Shown here: positions 21,618 to 34,473 of the stretch, piece by piece
Numbering within the stretch: the first letter of the stretch is position 1
Layout of the letters: every line of letters starts with the position of its first letter
Assembly (NCBI GenBank): GCA_046758065.1
Contig: JBHHZM010000002.1
Location: 1 to 52,641 of the forward strand
Origin: Alphaproteobacteria bacterium
GTDB lineage: Bacteria > Pseudomonadota > Alphaproteobacteria > JAAXGF01
Direction: 5' to 3'
DNA length: 52,641 nucleotides
Made by a program: the position numbers and the translations under genes
Notes under the pieces: generated by a model
The model's input: the letters and a program-made list of their open reading frames with translations, nothing else
Databases searched by the model: none
What the model was told of the DNA's origin: nothing

Positions 21618-22534
21618 GCAAGCGCGTCGCCGTGCTGATGGGCGGCTGGTCCGCCGAGCGCGAGGTCTCGCTGGTTTCCGGCAGGGCCTGCGCCGCGGCG
21701 CTGCGCGAGCGCGGCTACGACGTCATCGAGGTCGAAGTCGAGCGCGACCTGACGAGGCTGCTGACGGCGCTCGAACCCCCTCCCGACGTGATCTTCAACG
21801 CGCTGCACGGACGCTTCGGCGAGGACGGCTGTATCCAGGGTGTGCTCAACGTCCTCGGCCTGCCCTACACGCATTCGGGTCTGCTCGCCTCGGCTCTGGC
21901 CATGGACAAGCCCATGGCCAACCGCATCTTCGCCGCCGCGGGAATCAACTGCCCGGAAGGAATCGTCGTCGATCTTGAAACCGCGCTCAGCTGCGAAGCG
22001 ATGGATCCGCCCTATGTCGTCAAGCCGACCAACGAAGGCTCGAGCGTCGGCGTTCACATCGTGCGCGAAGGCGACAACGCCCCCGGGTTCGCCGCCTCCG
22101 ATTGGAGTTTCGGCGATAAGGTGCTGGTCGAACGCTACATCCCCGGCCGCGAGCTGACGGTCGCGGTGATGGGAGATCGCGCGCTCGGCGTCACCGAGCT
22201 GCGACCGCACCGGGGCTTCTACGACTACGAGGCCAAGTACACCGACGGCAGGACGACGCATCTCTGTCCCGCGCCGCTGCCCGACGCGGTGGCGAAAAAG
22301 GCGATGGACGACGCGGTCACGGCGCACGGCGCGCTGGGGTGCCGCGGGGTAAGCCGCGCCGATTTCCGCTACGACGACACCGCCGGCGAGCCCGGCACGC
22401 TCTACATGCTGGAGGTCAACACCCAGCCCGGCATGACGCCGCTGTCGCTGGTGCCCGAGCAGGCGACGCGCGCCGGCATCGACTTCGGCGGGCTGGTGAG
22501 CTGGATGGTGGAGGAGGCGAAATGCGACGCCTGA
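21614..22534 (+). CDS. ddl: D-alanine--D-alanine ligase
   Basis: [33 protein letters not shown]-grasp core. ATGA overlap with murB. Confidence 0.95.
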   Translation: MSKRVAVLMGGWSAEREVSLVSGRACAAALRERGYDVIEVEVERDLTRLLTALEPPPDVIFNALHGRFGEDGCIQGVLNVLGLPYTHSGLLASALAMDKPMANRIFAAAGINCPEGIVVDLETALSCEAMDPPYVVKPTNEGSSVGVHIVREGDNAPGFAASDWSFGDKVLVERYIPGRELTVAVMGDRALGVTELRPHRGFYDYEAKYTDGRTTHLCPAPLPDAVAKKAMDDAVTAHGALGCRGVSRADFRYDDTAGEPGTLYMLEVNTQPGMTPLSLVPEQATRAGIDFGGLVSWMVEEAKCDA

Positions 22535-23382
22535 TTCCGTCGCGGCGCGGACGGACGTCCGGCGCCGGCCGGCGGGCCGGCCGCAGGCGGATGCACTGGC
22601 GCCCGTTACGGCCCGGGCTGCGCCGACTCGCGGTGGTCGGCGGCGCCGTTCTGGGATTCGCGCTGATCATCGGCGGCGGCGCCTGGCTGTGGACCTCGGG
22701 GCGCGTGACCGCAGCGCTCGACGACGCGCGCGGCGCGCTGGTCGCGGCTTCCGCCGACGCCGGCCTGATCCTGCGCGAGGTCTACGTCTCGGGGCGCAGC
22801 CAGACGTCGCGCGCCGACGTGCTCGAGGCCATCGGCATTCGCCGCGGCGCGCCGCTCGTCAGCCTCGACCCGGCGGCTGCGCGCCGGCGCCTCGATGCGC
22901 TCGGCTGGGTTCGCACGGCCACGGTCGAACGGCGCTTTCCGGATACCGTTTTCGTTCGTCTCGACGAGCGTGCGCCGCTCGCGCTCTGGCAGCGTAAGGG
23001 GAGGCTCGTCGTCGTCGACCGCGAAGGCGTGGTGGTCGCCGGCGCCGATCCGGGCGACTTCGCGGCGCTTCCGGTGATCGTCGGCGACGACGCTCCGGCG
23101 CATATCGCGGGCCTGCTCGCGGTCATGGCGTCGGAGCCCGCCCTGAGGGCGCGCGTCGAGGCCGCGGTACGGGTCGGCGGCCGGCGCTGGAATCTGAGGC
23201 TCGACAACGGCATCGACGTGCAGCTTCCCGAGCAGGGCGTCGTCGAAGCCTGGCGCCGCCTTGCCGACTTCGAGCGTCGTCACCGGCTGCTCGCGCGCGA
23301 CATAACGGCGGTCGACCTGCGGCTGCCCGACCGGCTTGTGGTGGTGCGTCCGCCGCCTGCAGGCAAGGGGAAAAGCACCTGA
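22522..23382 (+). CDS. ftsQ: Cell division protein FtsQ
   Basis: Arg-rich cytoplasmic tail, one TM ([17 protein letters not shown]), then a POTRA-like segment ([19 protein letters not shown]...). Start ATG 22522 overlaps the end of ddl by 13 nt. Confidence 0.85.
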   Translation: MRRLIPSRRGRTSGAGRRAGRRRMHWRPLRPGLRRLAVVGGAVLGFALIIGGGAWLWTSGRVTAALDDARGALVAASADAGLILREVYVSGRSQTSRADVLEAIGIRRGAPLVSLDPAAARRRLDALGWVRTATVERRFPDTVFVRLDERAPLALWQRKGRLVVVDREGVVVAGADPGDFAALPVIVGDDAPAHIAGLLAVMASEPALRARVEAAVRVGGRRWNLRLDNGIDVQLPEQGVVEAWRRLADFERRHRLLARDITAVDLRLPDRLVVVRPPPAGKGKST

Positions 23383-23425
23383 CGGCGGCGATCGAAACGA
23401 TAATGCGGGCAACGGGGGAGCAACG

Positions 23426-24673
23426 GTGAGTAAGGGCAAGACGCGGAGCGGCGTGATCGCGGCGCTCGATGTGGGCACCAGCAAGGTGTGCTGTTTCATC
23501 GCCCGCAGCGACGGCGAGGCGCTGCAGGTCGTGGGAATCGGCCACCAGATCTGCCGTGGACTGCGCGCCGGCGCGGTGGTCGATATGGCCGCGGCCGAGG
23601 AATCGATCCTCGCCGCGGTGCATGCCGCCGAGCAGATGGCCGGCGAAACCATCCGCGACGTCCACCTCAACTTCTCGACCGGCAATCCCACGTCGCATCG
23701 CATCGGCGTCGAAGTCGCCCTCAACGGGCACGAGATCGGCAACAGCGACCTGCGCCGGGTGCTGAATCACGGCCGGTTGCGCTGCCAGGCCGGCGACCGC
23801 GAGATCGTGCACAGCATCCCGCTCGGCTATACGATCGACGGCAACTGCGGCATTCGCGACCCGCGCGGCATGTTCGGCGACCGTCTCGGCGTCAACATCC
23901 ACGTCGTGACCGCCGACAGCGGGCCGCTGCGCAACCTCAACACCTGCGTCGCGCGCTGCCATCTCGACATCGCCGCCTGCGTCGTTTCGCCCTACGCCTC
24001 GGGTTTCGCCTGTCTGGTCGACGACGAAAAGGAACTCGGCGTCACCCTGATCGACATGGGCGGCGGCAGCACCGGCGCAGCGGTATTTCTCGAAGGCGAC
24101 GTCGCCCATACCGACGTGGTGCCGGTCGGCGGCAATCACATCACCAACGACATCGCCCGCGGCCTGTCGACGCCCATCGACCACGCCGAGCGCATGAAGG
24201 CGCTGTACGGTAGCGCCATCGCCAGCGTGGCGGACGAGCGCGAGACGATTGACGTTCGCCGGGTCGGCGAGAACGAGGAGAGCGGCGCCAACCCGGTGCC
24301 GCGCTCGTATCTCGTCAGCATCATCCGGCCGCGGGTCGAGGAAACCTTCGAGCTGCTGCGCAGCCGTCTCGAGGCCGCCGGCTTCGACAAGGCGGCGGGC
24401 CGCCGGCTGGTGCTTACCGGTGGGGCGAGCCAGCTTCAGGGCGTGCGCGATCTCGCCGCCCAGGTGTTCGACAAGCAGGTGCGTCTCGGCCGGCCCCAGG
24501 GTTTTGCCGGCCTCGCCGAGGCCACCGCCGGACCGGCGTTTTCGACCTGCGCCGGCCTGCTCGGTTACGCGCTCGCAGAGCGCGGCGATTCGTCGTCGCA
24601 CGCGGCGGGGGCGCCGGACGGGACGGGCGGGCGGCTCGACCGGATCGGCCAGTGGTTTCGTGAGTACCTGTGA
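23426..24673 (+). CDS. ftsA: Cell division protein FtsA
   Basis: Actin-fold N-terminus IAALDVGTSKVCCFIA and DMGGGSTG phosphate-2 motif. GTG 23426 after a GGGGGAG RBS is preferred over ATG 23336. Confidence 0.9.
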   Translation: MSKGKTRSGVIAALDVGTSKVCCFIARSDGEALQVVGIGHQICRGLRAGAVVDMAAAEESILAAVHAAEQMAGETIRDVHLNFSTGNPTSHRIGVEVALNGHEIGNSDLRRVLNHGRLRCQAGDREIVHSIPLGYTIDGNCGIRDPRGMFGDRLGVNIHVVTADSGPLRNLNTCVARCHLDIAACVVSPYASGFACLVDDEKELGVTLIDMGGGSTGAAVFLEGDVAHTDVVPVGGNHITNDIARGLSTPIDHAERMKALYGSAIASVADERETIDVRRVGENEESGANPVPRSYLVSIIRPRVEETFELLRSRLEAAGFDKAAGRRLVLTGGASQLQGVRDLAAQVFDKQVRLGRPQGFAGLAEATAGPAFSTCAGLLGYALAERGDSSSHAAGAPDGTGGRLDRIGQWFREYL

Positions 24674-24763
24674 GGAGTCCAGCACCCGGCGTCGGGGCGT
24701 CGGGATTTCGCAAGCGTCCGCGGGTCGTGACACGCCCGCAGCATCAAATCTCTGGAGGCAAGG

Positions 24764-26254
24764 ATGACGATTAATCTCAGCATGCCGGCAACGCATCAGT
24801 TGAAGCCGCGCATCACCGTGATCGGCGTTGGCGGCGCCGGCGGCAACGCGGTGAACAACATGATCACCTCGCACCTCGAAGGCGTCGATTTCGTCGTCGC
24901 CAACACCGACGCCCAAGCGTTGGCGCAGTCGCTCTCGGAGCGACGCATCCAGCTCGGCGTCAACATCACGCAGGGGTTGGGGGCCGGCTCGCGGCCCGAT
25001 GTGGGCCGCGCCGCGGCCGAGGAGGCGATGGACGAGATCGTCGATCACCTCCAGGGCAGCAACATGGTGTTCATCACCGCCGGCATGGGCGGTGGAACCG
25101 GCACCGGAGGCGGCCCGGTGGTGGCCAAGACGGCCCGGGAACAGGGCATTCTCACCGTCGGCGTCGTGACCAAGCCGTTCAACTTCGAAGGCGTGCACCG
25201 CATGCGTCTCGCCGAGGAAGGGTTGGTCGAGCTGCAAAACTACGTCGACACCCTGATCATCATTCCCAACCAGAACCTGTTCCGGGTGGCGAACGAGAAG
25301 ACCACCTTCGCCGATGCCTTCAAGATGGCCGACGACGTGCTCTACTCGGGAGTTCGCGGGGTCACCGACCTTATGGTCATGCCCGGGCTCATCAACCTCG
25401 ACTTCGCGGACGTGCGTTCGGTGATGGCCGAGATGGGCAAGGCGATGATGGGCACCGGCGAGGCCGAAGGCGAGCGGCGCTCGATCGACGCGGCCGAGGC
25501 GGCGATCTCGAATCCGCTGCTCGACGATGTGTCGATGAAGGGCGCCAAAGGCGTGCTGATCAATATCACCGGCGGCTATGACATGACGCTGTTCGAGGTC
25601 GACGAGGCCGCCAACCGCATTCGCGAGGAGGTTGATCCCGCCGCCAACATCATTTTCGGTTCGACCTTCGACGAGGCGCTCGCCGGGCGCATGCGCATCT
25701 CGGTCGTCGCGACCGGCATCGAAGCCGACGCCGCGACGCAGCCGCAGCCGATGTTCGGGGCCGGCATCGCCGCCCAAACCCCCGTCCGGCTGGTTCCCAA
25801 AACGCCGGCCATGCCGGAAATCGAACCGCCGGTCGCCGCCGAATGCGGGCCGATTTCGGCCGGCGCCGAACTCGAAGCGGACGAGCCCGCGGCTGCCGTC
25901 GCGGCCGACGACAGCTTCATCCCGCCGCCGCCCGTCGAACCCGGACGTCGTGCGCCCCTCGGACCGCGGGCCGAGCCGTTCGCCGCCGCGGCCATGGCGA
26001 ACGGCACCCTCGCGCCGACCCGTTCCGAACCCCGGCGGACGCCGACCCTGTTCGAGCGCGTCACCAGCAGCGTGCGCGCCCGCCAGCCGCGCACGACACC
26101 GTCCGCGCCGGCGAGAAGAACTCCCGCTGCCGAGCCGGTGCTTGAGACCGCCGGCGGTCCGCCCGAACCCTCCGTGTCGGAAAGCCTTACCTTGCCGCGG
26201 GTCGAGGAAGATCTCCTGGACATTCCGGCCTTCCTCCGTCGTCAATCCAACTGA
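24764..26254 (+). CDS. ftsZ: Cell division GTPase FtsZ with long disordered linker
   Basis: [11 protein letters not shown], the tubulin signature GGGTGTGG, a ~150-aa Pro/Ala-rich linker, and the conserved C-terminal peptide [12 protein letters not shown]. Confidence 0.97.
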   Translation: MTINLSMPATHQLKPRITVIGVGGAGGNAVNNMITSHLEGVDFVVANTDAQALAQSLSERRIQLGVNITQGLGAGSRPDVGRAAAEEAMDEIVDHLQGSNMVFITAGMGGGTGTGGGPVVAKTAREQGILTVGVVTKPFNFEGVHRMRLAEEGLVELQNYVDTLIIIPNQNLFRVANEKTTFADAFKMADDVLYSGVRGVTDLMVMPGLINLDFADVRSVMAEMGKAMMGTGEAEGERRSIDAAEAAISNPLLDDVSMKGAKGVLINITGGYDMTLFEVDEAANRIREEVDPAANIIFGSTFDEALAGRMRISVVATGIEADAATQPQPMFGAGIAAQTPVRLVPKTPAMPEIEPPVAAECGPISAGAELEADEPAAAVAADDSFIPPPPVEPGRRAPLGPRAEPFAAAAMANGTLAPTRSEPRRTPTLFERVTSSVRARQPRTTPSAPARRTPAAEPVLETAGGPPEPSVSESLTLPRVEEDLLDIPAFLRRQSN

Positions 26255-26323
26255 ATCGTCGTTGCCTCCAAAGAACAGTCATAACGTAAGTAGGCGTAAC
26301 ATTGTGTCACACAACGTGAATTG

Positions 26324-26363
26324 AGTGCTTCGGGCGAACTTGTTAGAAGTTGCCCGAAGCACT
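26324..26363 (+). other. Long near-perfect stem-loop between ftsZ and lpxC
   Basis: AGTGCTTCGGGC pairs with GCCCGAAGCACT (12 bp). The stem extends by AACTT/AAGTT inside the loop. No U-tract follows. Confidence 0.6.
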
Positions 26364-26465
26364 CTACCCCGTGTACGAGGGGGAATCCGAAAGAGGATGG
26401 AAAGGCAGGTACGGACCCAGCGCTGGGCCGTCGGTGGCTCGGGGGGGAATCGCGAGCGAAAGTCC

Positions 26466-27386
26466 GTGAGCATTGTCTATCAGAGGACGCTGAAGAGCGC
26501 CATCAGTTGCGCCGGCGTAGGACTTCACAGCGGAAATAGAATCAGGATGACCCTGCATCCCGCCGCAGCGGGAAGCGGGATTGTGTTCCGTCGCACCGAT
26601 CTCGGCGGGGCGACGCTGGCGGCAACCTACGAGAACGTCAGCGCGACGATGATGCGCACCAACCTCGGCGACGACAATGGCCTGAGCGTGGCCACGGTCG
26701 AGCATCTGATGTCGGCGCTGGTGGGTCTCGGCATCGACAACCTGGTGATCGATGTCGACGGCCCCGAGGTGCCGATCATGGACGGCAGCGCGGCGCCCTT
26801 CGTTTTCCTTATCGAATGCGCCGGGATCGTCGAACAGGACCAGCCACGCCGGGCGATTCAGGTGCTGAAGCCCGTCGTGGTCTGGGACGGCAAGCGCTCC
26901 ATCTCGCTTTCGCCTTCGGACCGCTTCTCGATAAGTTTCGAGATCGACTATCCGCACCCGCTGATCGGCCGGCAGTCCTGTTTTTTCGTCTTAGAGGACG
27001 GCGCCTTCGAACGTGAACTCAGCCGCGCACGCACCTACGGCTTTTTGCGTGATATCGGCGCCTTGCGCGCGCGCGGACTGGCGCTCGGCGGGTCGCTCGA
27101 GAACGCCATCGTGCTCGACGACCATCAGGTGTTGAACGGCGAAGGCCTGCGCTACCACAACGAACTCGTCCGCCACAAGGTGCTCGACTGCATCGGCGAC
27201 CTTTATCTCGCCGGCGCACCGTTGCTCGGCCATCTCCATGGCATCGGTTCGGGCCACAGCATGAACCACAGACTGCTCACGGCGTTGTTCGACGACGACG
27301 AGGCCTGGCGCAGTGTCTACCTCGACGGCGCGACGCTCGGTGCGCTCGTACGCTGGCAGGATACTGCGGTCGCCATTCCCGCCTGA
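26466..27386 (+). CDS. lpxC: UDP-3-O-acyl-N-acetylglucosamine deacetylase
   Basis: QRTLKSAISCAGVGLHSG, TVEHLMSAL and HKVLDCIGDL zinc and active-site motifs. GTG 26466 was chosen by N-terminal conservation and has a weak RBS. Confidence 0.9.
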   Translation: MSIVYQRTLKSAISCAGVGLHSGNRIRMTLHPAAAGSGIVFRRTDLGGATLAATYENVSATMMRTNLGDDNGLSVATVEHLMSALVGLGIDNLVIDVDGPEVPIMDGSAAPFVFLIECAGIVEQDQPRRAIQVLKPVVVWDGKRSISLSPSDRFSISFEIDYPHPLIGRQSCFFVLEDGAFERELSRARTYGFLRDIGALRARGLALGGSLENAIVLDDHQVLNGEGLRYHNELVRHKVLDCIGDLYLAGAPLLGHLHGIGSGHSMNHRLLTALFDDDEAWRSVYLDGATLGALVRWQDTAVAIPA

Positions 27387-27486
27387 TCCCGGGTTATACG
27401 CCGTGCCGCGTTCGCCTCTGCGGCGGCGGGCCGGGAGTGTGCAAGCGCCGCGCCGGATGATATAGTCCCGCCAGGCGAACACACCG

Positions 27487-28350
27487 GTGAATCGGCTCGG
27501 GATGCTCGATCAGTTTTTTCGTTTACGCGTCGGTTCGGGGGGCGGGCGCAGGCGCTGCCGTTCGGCCCTTGCGCTTCTGGTTGCCGGTTGGCTCGTCGCC
27601 TGCGCGGACGCCGGGCCCGAATATGTCGAGCGACCGGTCGAGGACCTCTACAACAGGGCGATGGATCTTCTGCTCGACGGCGACTACAAGCCCGCAGCGC
27701 AGGCCTTCGACGAGGTCGAACGTCAACATCCCTACTCGGTATGGGCGACCAAGGCGCAGATCATGGCGGCTTACGCCCAGTACCAGGCTAACGCTTACGA
27801 CGAGGCGGTCCTTGCCGCCAAGCGCTTCATCGATCTCCATCCGGGCCACCGCGACGTCGCCTATGCTTACTACCTGGTCGCCATCTCCTATTACGAACAG
27901 ATTTCCGACGTCGGGCGCGACCAGAAGATGACCGAACTGGCGCTCGACGGCCTCGAGAAGATCATCCGGCGCTTTCCCAATACCGAGTATGCGCGCGACG
28001 CCAAGCTCAAGCTCGATCTGACGCGCGACCACCTCGCCGGCAAGGAGATGGAGGTCGGGCGTTTCTATCTGAAACGGGGTGAGTACATAGCGGCGATCAA
28101 CCGCTTCCGCACCGTGGTCGAGAAATACCAGACCACGACGCACGTGCCCGAGGCGCTGCACCGGCTCACCGAAGCGTATCTCGCTCTCGGCGTCACCAAG
28201 GAGGCGCAGACCGCGGCGGCGGTACTCGGCTACAACTATCCCGGCAGCGAGTGGTACATGGATTCATACGCCCTGCTCACCGGAGCCGACCTCAGGCCCG
28301 AAGCGAACAAGCAGTCGTGGATCGCCCGGGCGTGGAACTGGGTTTTCTGA
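27487..28350 (+). CDS. bamD: Outer membrane protein assembly factor BamD
   Basis: Lipobox LVAC, TPR-like repeats, YRLTEAYLALG-type C-terminal region. Sits in the canonical lpxC-bamD-recN neighbourhood. Start uncertain. Confidence 0.85.
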   Translation: MNRLGMLDQFFRLRVGSGGGRRRCRSALALLVAGWLVACADAGPEYVERPVEDLYNRAMDLLLDGDYKPAAQAFDEVERQHPYSVWATKAQIMAAYAQYQANAYDEAVLAAKRFIDLHPGHRDVAYAYYLVAISYYEQISDVGRDQKMTELALDGLEKIIRRFPNTEYARDAKLKLDLTRDHLAGKEMEVGRFYLKRGEYIAAINRFRTVVEKYQTTTHVPEALHRLTEAYLALGVTKEAQTAAAVLGYNYPGSEWYMDSYALLTGADLRPEANKQSWIARAWNWVF

Positions 28351-28378
28351 GTCCCGGGGGGAGGCCGCATTCCGGCCC

Positions 28379-32154
<3,776 letters not shown>

Positions 32155-32184
32155 GGCGGCGGCTTCGGGTGCGGAGATAAAGCG

Positions 32185-32508
32185 ATGAGCGGTAAGAAAG
32201 AATCCTTCGGTCCCGGGGTCTACGCGGCGGATGCCGAAGGGAACATGACGCTGGTGCATCCGTATCAAGGCGGGCCTTACCGGCTGGTCGATATTTTCGA
32301 TATCTGGGGGCTTGGACGGATCGAGGGCGGCGCCCGCAAGGGCGAGAGCGTCCTTGTCCTCGAGCGCGGCGAAATACGCAAGCTCAAGACCCTGGCCGAT
32401 GCCTTCAGCTTCGATTTCGACCAGGAGTTCATCGAGATGTGTCACGCGATGCACCGCTTCGCCGTGCGTCTCACGGGCGACAGCTTCCGCTTCATTGGCA
32501 CCTTCTAG
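32185..32508 (+). CDS. Hypothetical small cytoplasmic protein (107 aa), no recognisable family
   Basis: Clean ORF with GC3-rich codon usage and a GGAGA RBS 8 nt upstream. No signal peptide or motif that I recognise. Confidence 0.55.
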   Translation: MSGKKESFGPGVYAADAEGNMTLVHPYQGGPYRLVDIFDIWGLGRIEGGARKGESVLVLERGEIRKLKTLADAFSFDFDQEFIEMCHAMHRFAVRLTGDSFRFIGTF

Positions 32509-32540
32509 TGCAGCGGCGCATACTGATGGTTCAGTCCCAT

Positions 32541-32616
32541 CCGTCACCCCCGCGTAAGCGGGGGTCCAGCGGCTCTTGGATTCCGGCTCTGCGCTTCGCT
32601 CCGGCCGGAATGACGG
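32541..32616. repeat. REP/MITE-like palindromic element of the widespread 'IPAxAGIQ' type
   Basis: Terminal inverted repeat CCGTCA...TGACGG enclosing two hairpins (CCCCGC-GTAA-GCGGGG and ATTCCGGC...GCCGGAAT). The minus-strand translation reads VIPAGAKRRAGIQ, typical of spurious ORFs made from this repeat family. Confidence 0.6.
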
Positions 32617-32655
32617 GTTGGATCAGCGCGTGAATCTTTTGTTTGTATCTGTGCA

Positions 32656-33777
32656 CTAGGCGCTCTCCGCGAGGCGATTGTACGACTTGAGCACGGCGCG
32701 GAGTTCGTCGTGGGGAAGCGCGAGCACGGTGTGGCCGTCGCGTCCCGTCATGGTCTGGTTGGCGACCAGCGCGTTGACGATCGCTTCGTCGGTCGCCTGC
32801 GCGACGGCGGCGAAGATGGGATCGAGCCGGAGGTCGGGGATGAAATCGGCCGCGGCGACGCCGGCGGCGGCGTCGCAGGCCGCGGCGTTGGCGGTCGAGA
32901 AGGCGAGGAAGATGTCGCCCGAGCCGTGGTGCGAGATCGAGCCCGAGCGCCCCACCCCGAGAGCGATGCGTCGCGCCAGCCGCTTGAGCTGGTGAGGCAG
33001 CAGCGGGGCGTCGCTGGCAACGACGGCGATGATCGAGCCGGCGCCCCGGCTGCGGAAGGTTCCTTCGGTGAGGTGACGCCCGACCGGCACGCCGGCGATC
33101 GTCAGTTCCTCGCGCATTCCGAAATTGGCCTGGACGAAGGCGCCCACGGTGTAGGTTCCGCCGTCGTGCTCGACGAGACGCGAGGCGGTGCCCGAACCGG
33201 CCTTGAACTCGTAGGCGGTCATGCCGGTGCCGCCGCCAACGCTGCCTTCCTCGATCGCGCCGCCGCGCGCGCCGTCGATCGCTTCGAAGACATGGGCTTC
33301 GCGCACATGGAAGCCGTTGATATCGTTGAGGTAGCCGTCGTAGGTCTCGCCCGCCACCGGCAGGCCCCAAGCATCGACGAACTGGGGCAGGTTCTCGACC
33401 AGCCAGCGGATCGTGGCGTCGCGCGCGAGCCCGCAGGAGTGCGTGTTGGTGATGGTGATCGGCCCTTCGCAGCGCCCGGCCTCCTCGATCCAGATGGCGC
33501 CGGTGAGCTCGCCGTTGCCGTTGAGCGAGAAACAGCCGGCGAACACCGGCGTCGCCGCGCCGGCGCGGCCGCGCGGCAGGATCGCGGTGACCCCGGTGCG
33601 AACCGGTCCCTCGCCGACGACGAGCGCGCCGTCGCCGCGGATGATCGTCGCATAGCCGACCTCGACGCCGGCGACATCGGTGATGGCGTTGTTGCGCCCG
33701 GGCGTACCGTCGAAGGGCACGCCGAGGGCGCGGGCGCGGGGCTTTCCGGACGGGGTGGCGAGATGCGGATCGGGCAT
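32656..33777 (-). CDS. DmpA/BapA-type aminopeptidase (peptidase family S58, Ntn hydrolase)
   Basis: NAITDVAGVEVG, TGVTAIL, GGGTGM, and the self-processing site context RGAG|SIIAVVASDAPL. ATG 33777 has a GAGG RBS; the upstream part of ORF 32656..33894 is discarded. Confidence 0.85.
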   Translation of the reverse strand: MPDPHLATPSGKPRARALGVPFDGTPGRNNAITDVAGVEVGYATIIRGDGALVVGEGPVRTGVTAILPRGRAGAATPVFAGCFSLNGNGELTGAIWIEEAGRCEGPITITNTHSCGLARDATIRWLVENLPQFVDAWGLPVAGETYDGYLNDINGFHVREAHVFEAIDGARGGAIEEGSVGGGTGMTAYEFKAGSGTASRLVEHDGGTYTVGAFVQANFGMREELTIAGVPVGRHLTEGTFRSRGAGSIIAVVASDAPLLPHQLKRLARRIALGVGRSGSISHHGSGDIFLAFSTANAAACDAAAGVAAADFIPDLRLDPIFAAVAQATDEAIVNALVANQTMTGRDGHTVLALPHDELRAVLKSYNRLAESA

Positions 33778-33914
33778 GGTCGGAGCCTCGTGGTGTGCGG
33801 AACGGAATTTGGACGACCGGGCGCCGGCGTCGGATGCCGCGCTCTGGCGCGCGCGCCGCCCACCCCTTATGCTGCGCGCCGCACCGTTTCGCAAGCCATC
33901 AGGGGAAGCCGTCC

Positions 33915-34385
33915 ATGACCGACGGAGCCAACGATCGTCCCGGCGTGATCGCCCCGCCGCCGCTCATCTATCTCGGGTTCCTGCTCGCCGGTCTCGGACT
34001 CGATCGCGTGTGGCCGATTGCGACGTTGGACGATGGCCTGCGCTATCCCGGCGGCGTCGGGCTGATCGCGCTCGGTCTCGTCGTTGCGTTTCTCGGTTTC
34101 GCCGAATTTCGCAAGGCGGGCACCGCGGTCAACCCGCATCGTTCGACGACGGCGATCATAACCACCGGGCCGTTCCGCTTCAGCCGCAACCCGCTCTACC
34201 TCGCGCTCGCCCTGATCCACGCCGGAGTCGCCATGGCGGCGCAAAGCTTCTGGGCGCTCGTTTTCCTCGCGCCGGCGCTCGTCGTCGTGCGCTACGGCGT
34301 GATCGCGCGCGAGGAGCGCTACCTCGAACGCAAGTTCGGTCGAACGTATCTCGACTACAAGACGACGGTCCGGCGCTGGCTCTGA
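33915..34385 (+). CDS. Isoprenylcysteine carboxyl methyltransferase (ICMT)-family membrane methyltransferase
   Basis: Four hydrophobic segments and the C-terminal GPFRFSRNPLYLA...EERYLERKFG motif characteristic of the ICMT/PEMT family. Confidence 0.8.
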   Translation: MTDGANDRPGVIAPPPLIYLGFLLAGLGLDRVWPIATLDDGLRYPGGVGLIALGLVVAFLGFAEFRKAGTAVNPHRSTTAIITTGPFRFSRNPLYLALALIHAGVAMAAQSFWALVFLAPALVVVRYGVIAREERYLERKFGRTYLDYKTTVRRWL

Positions 34386-34473
34386 GGCGGACGATGCATC
34401 CTGCGCGCTTTCGCGCCGGGCGTCGCACCGGCGTGCTAATGTCGGCTTCGGAGAAGTTGCCGGGAGGTCGGCG

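Noticed and set aside
26321-26539. Small ORFs in the ftsZ-lpxC spacer (26321..26539 +, 26279..26473 -) and the longer lpxC start at 26325.
   Set aside because: They span the palindrome and hairpin region, have no RBS, and the LpxC N-terminal conservation begins at ...QRTLK, just after GTG 26466.
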